The notes under the pieces were generated by a model, which did no database searches, had not been told where the DNA came from, and saw only the letters and a program-made list of their open reading frames with translations. 64,000 nucleotides of DNA, taken from positions 28,520,001-28,584,000 of the forward strand of contig OZ116706.1 in assembly GCA_964199315.1 (NCBI GenBank), written 5' to 3'. Position numbers and translations under genes: made by a program. This DNA is from Orbicella franksi. Lineage: Eukaryota. Positions 23,572 to 38,296 of this stretch are shown here, piece after piece; position 1 is the stretch's first letter, and each line of letters begins with the position of its first letter.

Positions 23572-25598
23572 TTTGAAACCCTGCATTTTGGAACCTTCAG
23601 CATCTCTAGCAGTCAGAAATATATTCTCGAACATTTCCACGAATTGAATGTAAACACTGAACAGCGTAGCAACAGGTGAATGATACCTTCTACAAACATT
23701 GACAGAGTACGTAGCTTAGGTAATGAGAATTTTGATAACGGTGCGCTGCGGGGGATTGGGAAAGTTGGGGCCTTTACCCAACCCCACATTCTTAACATTA
23801 GCCCTATACTGATCTATACTTAGAACCCCCCGGGGGGACTTAGACCCCAAAGTTAATGGTACGGCAGATAAAAACTGATTCAGACCATCCTTTCGACTCG
23901 GCTACGGTGTTCTTGGTAAACCGCAAATTTATTCAAAGTCCCTTTCTTTCCGACATTTAACAATTAATTATTGGGCTAGGTTGAGCAAAATATCGTGATT
24001 TCATGGCGAGCAGATCAATTTCTAGCCAAAGCCGAAGGTTGAGGCGAATAATTGATCCACGCGGACACTAACAAATTACGATATTTTGCGAAAACCGAGT
24101 CCAATAATTGTTTTAACATTCAACCACCAAGTTCGTTTTCATAATTAAATCATTCTCTGATAGCTCAGAGAGACGATCTGTCATTTTTCAGCCGAAGAGC
24201 GTGGTTACAATTACTATTGTATAGTCACAACCTCTATTGTTTGTCGTTACAATTACGCATGAGCAGAATATTATTTGCAGCAACGCGTTTAGACGGTACG
24301 TACCACGCATGAGCGCGCGGTGGGCTCTCGGCCAATGGACCCGCCAATCCTTATTGGTGCGGTTTTCTGACATTGGCCTTAAATCAAAGGTCAGCTTAAG
24401 AAGAACTATTTTCAACATCCTGATATAAAAATACAGCATAAACAGGAAGCGTCAAAGTCGTTTTTTGGCTGGTTTTCATATATCGACGCAGGTGGGCCGC
24501 TGGAATCTTGTGATTATCCAGAAGAATACAACCTGAGGTGCTTCGTATTATAGGTAGCGATAGTTCAAAATCGATGATTGGTTGAGGTTCACAGTGTTTG
24601 AGCAAGAAGTAAAACGCACGTACACACAAGTTTTTTCTGTTTCCCTCTATCACACTGAAACACCTTGGCAACCGCGAACCACCATTACCCATAATACCTT
24701 TCGACATTGTCGCCTTCGCTTTTACCTCCCTGTGGGACAAACTTTCTCCAAAAGAAAGAGAGGAAACTCCATCAGCCGTAGAGGAGCTGCTTTTTGAAAC
24801 ACTGTTTCCAGAGACTATGCTAAACGATTTTACGCCAAAGTTAGAAAGGACAATTTTATTAAACAACTAGATTTCAAAACAACCTTTTGCCCATGTTGTG
24901 TATATTATAAACAGCCTAAATATAGGATCTTGTCGTTGCTCTTGTTGCAAGGAACGTGTCAAGCCTTCCGCTACAAAGCTTGATGGGACCGGAGAGCTTA
25001 CGCTTTCACAGGCGGCGAAACTCGGCAACTTTTTGGAACTAAAAAACATACTCTTCCACATTTCCATAACTTTGAGTTGGTGAAATAATTTTAATTAAGC
25101 TCTTTAACTTTATTAAAAAATACAAAACAAACAGCGGTGATAAACATTTTAAAAACATGCATTTTATGAACTTGACGTTTCGCATGCTGGTCAAAATTTT
25201 CAAAAGTATAACCGTATGATACTGTCTTTAACTTTAATTACAGGAATTTACATTTTATGCTCAAAAAGCTACAAAAGAACAGCTACAATTTGTCAACAAA
25301 GAACGTGTCTTATAAATCGTGACCACTATAAAAATCGTTGATAACATTCGACTCCTAAATGTAGACTCTAACAGCACCACGGAAGTGTAAGCTTTCTTGC
25401 GCAGACGCATTTTTAAACAAAGTCAACGAGTTTGTTTGTCTTCTAATTTTCTTAGAACATGCTCACTCGCACTCACTTATCCTTATCGCCCGGCTGGGAA
25501 ATAAGGCACGTAGGATACTCTATCGGTCAATATATACTCTCGTATTTTTTTGCCGAGAATTTTCCATATCCTGTTGGCTAAGAACAGAAATCAACACT

Positions 25599-25612
25599 GG
25601 CGGAAATGACGT
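25599..25612 (+). promoter_or_regulatory. ETS/CRE-like composite motif in the putative UFM1 proximal promoter
   Basis: GGCGGAAATGACGT ~100 bp upstream of the UFM1 ATG in a CpG-containing stretch; motif match only. Confidence 0.3.
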
Positions 25613-25665
25613 CCGTTTAGTGTAGCCCCAGGCCTCCTCTTTGAACACCTGCGATGGCTGCCTGA

Positions 25666-28139
<2,474 letters not shown>

Positions 28140-29943
28140 GACAGAAGACACTGTGTTTAGACTTGTTAATAAATGGAATTAAAACAATTTTAACCTCATT
28201 GAAAAGTTCAATCTTCATGCATTTCACTTAAGGGAAGGCGTATCATTGGGTGTAGTAAAGAGCCTCTGTGATTGATCCAAACACCCAGGAGGCTGGTCCC
28301 AAAAGTGACAGGAGTTATTGTCACAATCTTTTTGAGGGAACGCCAACAGGACAGGGCTGACTTGTTTGAAAGCCAGTTAATGCTAACCCAGTAGTAAAAG
28401 TTAACCAAAGTATTAATTTTTCCTGTATAACAATGCTTTTGACTGCTTATGTTTTTATGTAGTTTGAGGGTGCATTCCTTTGGGTTTATCTGGATCAGAA
28501 TCAGCACTGGTCCTGATCCAGATCACCCCAAAGGAATGCACCCTGAGATTAATTAAGCTCAAAACTAAAGGACAAACAAAATAAACAGAACACCCCACCG
28601 AAAACTACAAAACTGAAATCAAAACTCTCACTAATCCTGGGTTAGCTTAATTGGGCTTTGAACAACCAGCTACCAGAATCTTGTTTTACAGGCAGGGCTC
28701 AAATTATGTACCCCCCCCCCCCCCCCCCCAACTAAGAGATGACAAAACAACTGATATTTTCAGAAATTTTAATAGCAATTAGAGACAATTTCTTCCAACA
28801 CATTCTGTGACAAGTAGTTTCTGTCAAGTTATTTTTGCTGCCTTTAGAAATGCCGAAAAAGGTACATAGGCTCTGGTGTTTTTTTGAATAAATACAGTGA
28901 TGCAATTAGCCTTGGGAATGATAGTAAGTTCTCTATTAAAATATATAATTGTACTCTGTAATTCCTACTCACTGCAGACGGTCAGTCAATTTGCATTCAA
29001 GACTCCATAATCACAAATCCAAATCCAGGGACCAAAGCAAAAAGTCTGGATTATAATTTCATTGAAATGTCCAAAAATAATGGCTCAGATGATCTAGATT
29101 AAATTTTGTAATCCACAAATTGAACAAAGTAAAGAGTTACACCAAAGTCGGTTAGCCTAGCTGACAGTTTTGTAACAAGATGACAAAACCTTTGCCTCAT
29201 CCTTATGTAATTTTGCTATCAACCATGGGCAAAACTGCCAGCAACACAGTCTAAAATCGAGTTAGGAGTTTTTGGTAAGTTTCCTAATTTCCTTACCTAT
29301 AAAAACCAGACAATTCAATTTAATTCACATTCAATTCAAAATCTGTGATAATTTCTGCATTGGCAATGAAGTGCTACATAAACTGACACTTAAATGAATG
29401 AAGCTGATTTATTTTTTCAACTACTGAGTTCATTCATACAATGTAAATCTTATTACCTACAAGACGAAGTAAAAATCTCTCAAATTTAAGGTGTGACAAA
29501 TGGTAAAATACAAGACTCACAAGGACACCAGGAATGAAGATCCATGTTTGAAAATCCCAAACTGAGAATTAGCCAGAGGCAGGGAGAAACATGTAAATAA
29601 TAAACTTATGATCTCATCAACAAGGAGTCTAAGATTTCATGATAAGACCAAAGTTTCCAAGACCCACAATTTTCTAGGAACCATTTGCCACGTACCCTTA
29701 TACTTATGGTCATTAAAATGATAACCAAAATAATGATAAAATTACAAACCGTTTATTCTCAATACCTCCTTGACATTTCAATAAGTATTTTCTACTTAAA
29801 ATTTAATGAATCTGTGATGGAGTTGCAAGTTTCCGTAAATCTACCATATACACGTAATTTTATGAAAATTTAAAATTGAAGACAATGTAATTATTGTTGT
29901 AATGGTGTCATGTCCAAGCTGGTAAATAATAAGACCTGGTGCA

Positions 29944-32900
29944 TTAGTCATCCTGAAATGAAATTAAGAGAGAAAAACAGCATAGTTAAAAAGTTAAAAT
30001 TAAATTTAAAAAAAATGAAATTAAAAAATATTGAAGTGAAAATTTGGTGGGAAGATTTCCATCATACCCATTCGTCATCATCCACTCCTTCTTGTAGATC
30101 CTGGGGCAGAGGGTCATCATCGTAATTCCGTAATTTCTCAACCATGGAGCTTACTAACTGAAATTAAATATACACAAAAATGTTACCATGCGGAGCATAC
30201 AATATAGCTGAGTAAGATAATAAATAATGGAGTGGAAACAGGGGCAGCGGGGGTGGGTGGAAGGGCTTATAGCCAAGACTTTGGGTAAGTCAATACGAAA
30301 TAGGTTTTTGGTTCAGTTCTTTCTCAAACATAGCAAGGTCAAGCTACCAGAACAAGCATTTCCGTGAAATACTGAGGCTTGAATGGGCAGCAAGATACAC
30401 CTGGCCTCCCAAGCTAATAATATTATGCACATTTGCAGGGCTGAAATGCGTGTTAAGTGAAAAATGTTAAAACTAAATTTAATAATTATTCTAAGTTGAG
30501 CACTTTTCTTTTTGGAGCATCTTTTTTCCAGGCCTAGAAATTTGCATGGACAGATATTTTTTAATGGTAAGTTGAAAAAGCAGGGACAATTCAAGTGATA
30601 TGGAGCAAGATGTTGTCAAGTAGTAGATGGATAAAATCTGATATCCATTTGTTCAATTACAAAAGTGTTGTGAATAACACTTACTTCCTCTTTCATCTGT
30701 TCAGTAGATTTAACTTCCTCCAGCTCGTGTCGACTGTCATACTTCCTAGCAATGGGAACTTCCTTAGGTACTTCACTCACTGTCAAGTAACCAAAGCATT
30801 TAATCTGGGGTTACTACAGTAAAATAAAATAAAAATTTTAACTTTTTTTCACACATCAAATAAAAAATAAAAATAAATAAATAAATGTTAAATAAATAAA
30901 CATCTCATGACAGTGTTTGTACTAGTACTAGTGCACGTGTCCACAAAGAGGTATTGGGGCCTGATAGTGAGGGACTCAGAATTGAGGTATCCAGGTCCAA
31001 GAACTCACAAGGGTCTGTTGCTATTTCAAGGTCCCCCTGAGACCATGTGTACTTCTACGGTTCTACATTTTAATCATAAAAATGTGGAACTGTAGAAGCA
31101 TACAGCTTATAATGCAGATGAAGTTGTGATTAGAAGCCACAGCTACAGAAGAGTACAGTTTAGAAATAATGAACAAAAACAATTTTGTAATTAAAACATG
31201 GAGTGGTACAGGGAGGCATAAATCTTATAATGTACATAAAATTACAACTTAAAATAATGTATAGCCGCAAAAGGAAGTATATATTAATAGTTTATAATAC
31301 AGATAAAATAAAAGTATGCACAGCTAAAAAAGAGAAGTCATGATAACACATATTAGAGGTTTTCCTAGTTGGCAATAGCCAGACCCTCCACATTACAGAG
31401 TTAAGTGATGATTTTCTGTAAAAAGTCACCAAACACTTATTTCTGTGAGTCACAAAAAGGTACTGAAGACTACACTCCATTCCTGACAAAAACCAAATGA
31501 ATCAAGTATTCGAAAGGAATGGAAAGCAGACTAAAGTATAGTGACAAATCTTTCAGTTGCTTTTCAATAGTTCATGGACTCTGATCTACCTTGAGCTACC
31601 ACAGCTCAGACAATTTAAACACAATTTCAGTCTAAAGTCAGGCCCGCTAATTCAAACTTGGTTATTTCCAACTCCCTGTCATTTCCAACTAGAAATCTTT
31701 CATTCTGATGGGCCACCATCTTGGTCTCTTGATGCAAGCGAAACTGGGGAGAGTACAAAATGCCCATGGGTAGTTGTGGTGGGGTGAATAGTGTGCCCCT
31801 ACCCACTGGCATTTTGTACTCTCCCCAGTTTCGCTTGCATCAAGATGCCAAGATGGCAGCCCGTCGAACTCAACGATCAACATCTACAATCTCACGGAAA
31901 AATAGGGGACTGTGAACAGTCTAATTCTGAAGAGCCTGGAGCTTTTAAAATTATTATCTCATAATTTCTCCTCACAATATCTATACTGGCAAGTGTCCAC
32001 TGGTGGCGAGAAAAAAGAGATCAAGTCATTAACTAAAGTTTACTGCTATGATGTTTAAAGTTCTAAATTCTAAAAATGGTATTAAAGGACATATAAGACA
32101 ATTAGTGATTAAAAAGTAAAACTTACAGCAAACAACAGAAACTAAAACCTTGAGATTACTCTTTGCAGTAGTGTAAATCACAAAATCAATATTTCATTTT
32201 TTTCTCAAAAGCCCATCTGTTGATTCCCGTCTGCCTGCCTGTCTGTCTGTCTGTCTGTCTGTCTGTCTGCCTGCCTGTCTGTCCATCTGTCTGTCTGTCT
32301 CTCTGCCTGCCTGCTATCTCTCTGTCTGTCCGTAGACCTGCCTGTCTTTCTGTCTGATTGCCTGTTTGCCCTATTTTGTTTTAAAAATATAATTGTGGTT
32401 TCTCTTTAATTTCTTTAAGCTGTCAGTATTTATTGGACTCTTGATCAGTTGTGCATAAAAAGACATCAAGTTGCTAATGTTATCATTAATGACATACATG
32501 GTTTCATGCCATCTGGTCTAAGTGACATGTTTCTTTGTGTCCCATTTTCACCAGCAAACCACTGATCACTAGTCAATGCAGGCTCCCACCATACTCTAGT
32601 GTCTGGGAAAAGGTCATCTTGAAAATACTCAGTCTGAACAAGATTGAAAAGAACAATAATATTAATACTAAAAACAGAGTGAAAATAGAAGCCTTAAGAC
32701 CTAAGCATTGAACTACTAACAGAGATTTTCCAATAGTGCATGTACCTTATAAGATAATTTGGTTTTATCAACTGGGTTGATAATGTGAATTGGCCACTGT
32801 AAAGAGATTCGAAAGCTGACATTTTGAGCGTTAGCCCTTTGTTGGAGTGAATTGAGGAATTGTGGGTTGTGTGTGGTTTATATGCAGAGAGATGGAGCTA

Positions 32901-35900
32901 TGCTATTGGTTGGTGCATGGTAACATGAAAAACAACAGATTAAATTAGTTGAATGAAAAACATTCGTTGATACTGTGAGGATTAAGCGTGCCAATTTGAA
33001 AAATAAATTGTTGTTCTAGAGTTTTGTGGCTCTCCGTGCTTCCTTGATGTAGGGAAAGGCCGCAGACTGCCATATGTTGCTTAGAATGATTGGGGAGATT
33101 AAAGGGACACAGTCAGCTTTGGGACCGCACTGACCTGGAAACTAGTTTTCTTACTGTGAAAAAAGTTCACCTCAACCTGAAATCAAACTACATACAGAAA
33201 TCTGCTTCAATCTTCGCAGTGTTTTGCTTGATTTCCAATGGTTTACTGAAAAGCCTGTTTTTGAGTGTGCTTTTGCTCATCGCATGATATTATTTTTATC
33301 ATATTTGATTGAAAACAGTATGGATCGCATCTCTGTGATATGCAAATTAGCTATGAAATGGTATCTAATGCGCATATGCTCCAGCTGACTGTGTCCCTTT
33401 AAAGTGTCTCACGACTGGTTTAGATGCGTTTTTGTCGTCTTTCTCTCTGTCATGAAGGTGTTCTCAGAATTGGTCGCCTAGCCGTATCCCTGTTTCGCCA
33501 ATGTATAACTTTTTGCAAAGAGTGCAAGTTATGCAGTAGACAACATTGGCTGAGGTACAGGTGAAATGATCAGTGATCTTGATGGATCACATGGGTCCCA
33601 ATACGATAATGTACCTTATACATAACTATGTAAACATTTTCAGACTTTGTCAATCCTTAAACTCTTGCCGTTTTCTACAATTTGTGCAAACAAAATTATT
33701 ATGTAGCCAGTGGAACCCTTCTCTACAGACAGTCGCTTAATATGGACACCCACTTCTTCTGGACATAATAAATATTTGAACAATATTATAAATTGCTCTC
33801 TTGGTTTTTTTTTTTTTGCACAGGTGTTTCTGTAAGGAATAAGAGTGAAAAGAAAATATAAAGCTTTATTGACCAAGCATGAAATCTAGATGGCTGGATA
33901 TTGGCCAAGTTCTTTTTTTGCATGTTTGTGGTTGGAGATGCAAAAAGAAACAAGGCCAATATCCAGCCATGTTGACCAAACAAGCTTGGTCAACAAAGGG
34001 TTTACCGGTATTATAAGTGATAAAGAACAGACTTTTTTGCAGGACACTGTACAATCCTGAGTGGGCAAGATAGCACCCTCTTGCCCACTCCGGTAGCCAA
34101 TCACAGCACAGGATTTGGTTCATCCTGCCCACTCAAGTAGCTAGCCATATAATAATAATAAAGAATACTAGCCTTCACTCGAGGGACCTGAAACATGATC
34201 AAGTCTATAGATGTCTTGTTCAGTTTGACAGCTCTAGCAAACTCCACTTCCTTTATGTTACATACTGTCTTTGGCATGAAGGCCACTGCCTGTGTTAACA
34301 CAGTGAAACAATGCATGGATAACTTGAAATAACTGCAATCTTCATAGTCATGCACTGTTACGTACATATACAGCAGCAAGCATCCTCCAATGCATAAGGC
34401 AAGAAAAACATGTGATACAACACAGCATTCTCCTTTGGTTGTGTCACAATGAAAATGTGTTGTTCTAGAAAATATTAATACCACTCCCACGAAAAGTTTT
34501 GTAGTTTGACCCCCCCACCCCCCCCTCCTCCCACCCAACAAGTTGTCTGGAAAATCCAGTTTAGCCTCATATTTTCCTTTAAAAAATGTGGCTTTTGAAA
34601 ACCCCCTCCCTCTTAGAATTTCTGTTAATCTTTCTTGGGGTGGGTATGGATATTCTCTGGAACTGCACAATAAGACTGAGTGAACAAAGACTCAACCAAA
34701 GACAACAAATGGCTTTCACACTAATTCACCTGAAGCATACATCATGTAGACCTACATGAAGCATATAGTATATTAACTTTATTTAGCAAAATACCAACAA
34801 AACACATTTTAAGAGCAAACTATGAACTGTGGTTGTGCAGGGATTTGCGCGACCTTGAGAAATTTTGATGCCTAAGTGTACATATTGAGGAATTCAGTTT
34901 CTGAAAATACAGATGACAGGAAACAAGGACATCTTGACCACATATGACCAATTTGTAAAATAATAACACTGAATGTTGGTAAATTACCTGGTAAGGTTCT
35001 TTTGTCCTGTAGTTTGACAATTCAAAGATATGAGGTGGTTCGTCACTGATTTCATAGGCAAAAATTGTAGTCTCACCCTAAAAATTGAGCAAATAGCTTT
35101 GTAGATCAACCCATGAATCGCCAGCCTTACTCTGAACAAATTTAAGATGACAACCTATCACAATGAGAGACCTGATTGTACTGGAGCCAAGAAAATCATT
35201 TACCTTCAAATTCACCATGAATCAAAATCAATTAGAGCTTGACTGTGCCCATTTTGCCAGAGGAAGTAGAGTGCCAAAATACATGTTTGATAGACTGGGG
35301 CTGGTGGATTTTGCATTCAGGTTTAGTAGATTTTCTCCTGCACTTCCCCAAAGGGCTAGTGAAGTTTCTTAGGGAAATTGGTATGGAAATTCAAATTACA
35401 GACGTACTGTAAAGTAAGAGATTAAGATGAAATCCGATTGAAAATTGAGCAATTTTAGGTTTTAGTGGACCAAAATCTGGTACCAGAATAATTTCAAGTA
35501 TTTTACAGTCATTTTTACATTTTCTTAAAGGTAAATACATAAATAATTGCCTGAAATAACACCAAAAACAATTTCCCATGGGAACAAGAGAAAATGAATT
35601 TCAAAGTTCAGAGACCTTGCACAAACACAGGCAAAATTTCATCATCAGTTTCACTTTACCAGTACTTTCAAGTGTTTCATACGAAGTTCAACAATTATTG
35701 TTTTCGACATTTGGTGTTGCTAGAAATGATTTTTTTTGAGAAGATATTTAAAACAGTCATACAGAAGTTTGCACTACAATGTAAATAATCTTGGTACTAG
35801 GTTTTTGTCCACTTGTTACTCAAACTTCTGGTGGATTCTGTCTTAAATTCTGTGGGGTCAGCAAAAATGACTTTTGGACTGATACATCATAGTTACAGCT

Positions 35901-38250
35901 TGCCAGAACAGTGAGCCTAAAAATTGGTTTTCTTTGCACCCTGGGAAGGAATCATGAAGGCCTAGGAAATAAGAGTGGCCCTACAACTCACCTCCCCACC
36001 CCCCCCCCCCAAAAAAATCCCAAAAACGACTCTATATGGTAACACAACTGTAGTTCAGAAATCAATGATTTTCACACCTTAGCAGAGAGAAAGATGACAG
36101 AAGAGTCTTCATCATAGAAAGGAATCAATGTAGCTGGAGCCACATTGATTTCCACAGTTGACAAAACTTCAGACAGATTACGAGGATCATACACACTGAT
36201 GGTTCTGTTACTTGATCTGGTGAGCAAAAAGCGCACCATAACGTTATTCACTCGACCAACTAAATTGCAGCTGTTAAATTAATGAAACACTGTACTAAGC
36301 CTATCAGATCTGTAAGCAAAACGATATAACCACTGTAATCAGTTCAACTGATTGGATGAAAAAACAGATGTTTGCTCTAACTGATAAGCTAAGACACCAG
36401 TACGAAAAGTCAAAACAATTGATCAAACATGGTAAAGTCTGCATACAAGCCAAGTGGCCCATTGGGTCGAAGCTTATCCTGGTTTCTGTAGCATGAAGTG
36501 ACTAGGAGACAGTACATTATTTCTACTCCCCCCTGGATGGGATGCAAATCCATCGCAGGGTTACCCCCAGCATTAAGTTCACCAGTACCCATTTATACAA
36601 CTGGGTGGAGAGAGGCACTGTGAGAGCAAAGTATCTTGTCCAAGAACACAACACAACGTCCCCAGCCAGGACTTGAACCCGGATTGCTCAATCCGGAGTG
36701 CACTAACCACAAGGCCACCGTGCCTCCCACATTGACGAAACACACAGAAAAGAAAACTTTCAAAATTCTTAGTTGTAAGGTAATTACTAGCAGCTATAGC
36801 AAGATAATGACAGTCAATAACTTCAATGAATTACCTGCCAAATCCTGTAACCACTAACCAGTCCCCACTCGGCCCACCCCACACAACACGAGCACCACGA
36901 CTCCCTTCAGGGCCTGGGCCTGTCTAAAACAATTTGCTGATGGTTAAACAATGAGCCAGGGAGGGAGGAGTAGAGGTAACTAATGGTAAGTGCAACAGAT
37001 GTCAAAATTGGCCTATTTTTCTCCAATGAACATACTTCTAGAGGAGACACTTGTGATCTTGGGTCAAATATTCTGACTTTGTTGTCTCTTGACACAGAGG
37101 CCAGCTTTGTTCCATCACCTTTCCAATTCAAGCTGAACACCTGAAATTAGATTAGTTTCAGAAATTTTGTTTCAGCAAGAGTTTTGAACACAGCACTTGT
37201 TTTCTCAAAAGAAACATTAAACAAATTATATAAATAATTTTATTTATAGATGAATCATTAATCTAAGGGCAATATGCTAATAACCCATTTTACAGTTTAG
37301 TGATTAGACCTTTGAGCAGACACAAGATAATTTTCCTATCATGAAACTTATCCTGTTATCTTTAGAACTGTATCTCTATCATCATAAGGTCAACCAAGAC
37401 CTTGCTTTCATACAGAGGTTTGGTGACATTTCACAGAACTGTAAAATGGACTACTGTTCAGTTCGGTTTTGTTATTGAATGAAGCCTTGGAGCCGACTGG
37501 TTTCTGTAGCATGGAGTGGCTAGGAGTATTTTTTACTCCCCCTGGACAGGATGATAGTCTATCGCAGGTCGCTCCCCCGCAATTTGTTAGGTTTCCCTAA
37601 AAATTCGCCTGTACCCATTAATACTCCTGGGTGGAGAGAGGCACTGTGAGAGTTAAGTGTCTTGCCTAAGAACACAACACAGTGTCCCTGGCCAGGCCTC
37701 AAACCCGGACCGCTTGATCCGGGGACGAGTGCACTAACCATGAGGCCACCGCGCCTACACAGTTTCGTTATTACCGTACTATTAAATGATAAATACAAAG
37801 TTCAGTTTTAGTATTGTGTTAATATGGACCCTGCCTAACACTGGGTGATAAACAGCAAATATAGCAGAGATGTTGCCAACCTGCTCATTGTGTCCATTTA
37901 AAGTGATTAAGGCCTTGGCTTTGTTGACGTCCCATATTTTAACTGTTAAATCCAACGCTGAGGATGCCAGCACGCCACTTGCTGTGGGATGGTACTTGAC
38001 TATGTTTGGTTTGTCATAATGACCTGAGACACAACAATAGAGCTGTTATCAGCTTAGTGTCCAAAGCAATCCAGAACATTGTTATCATATACCATGGTGG
38101 AGATAGATGACAGTTTAAACTTACTCCCATGTTCTGTTTGCTATCTATTACTGTAGCTAACAAAATTTGAGGGATATAATATTGGAAATAAAATAACATC
38201 AGTGTTAAGTCTCACCACATGACCCAGCCCCTTTAAGCCTGCAAGCAGGC

Positions 38251-38296
<46 letters not shown>

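Noticed and set aside
22792-23640. Single-frame MAM-domain-like pseudogene (two ORFs share a frame; VWSQVGDR and CLPYFY resemble MAM motifs)
   Set aside because: Eight stops in the intervening frame and only superficial similarity; the spliced model explains the acceptors better.
28140-29943. PAM16 expected downstream of CORO7 from human synteny
   Set aside because: No AKYLAQII/QEAxxILN-like exons found by eye on the minus strand.
34101-34670. 189-aa minus ORF
   Set aside because: Only 34289-34173 is a CORO7 exon; the rest is intron and a dispersed repeat.
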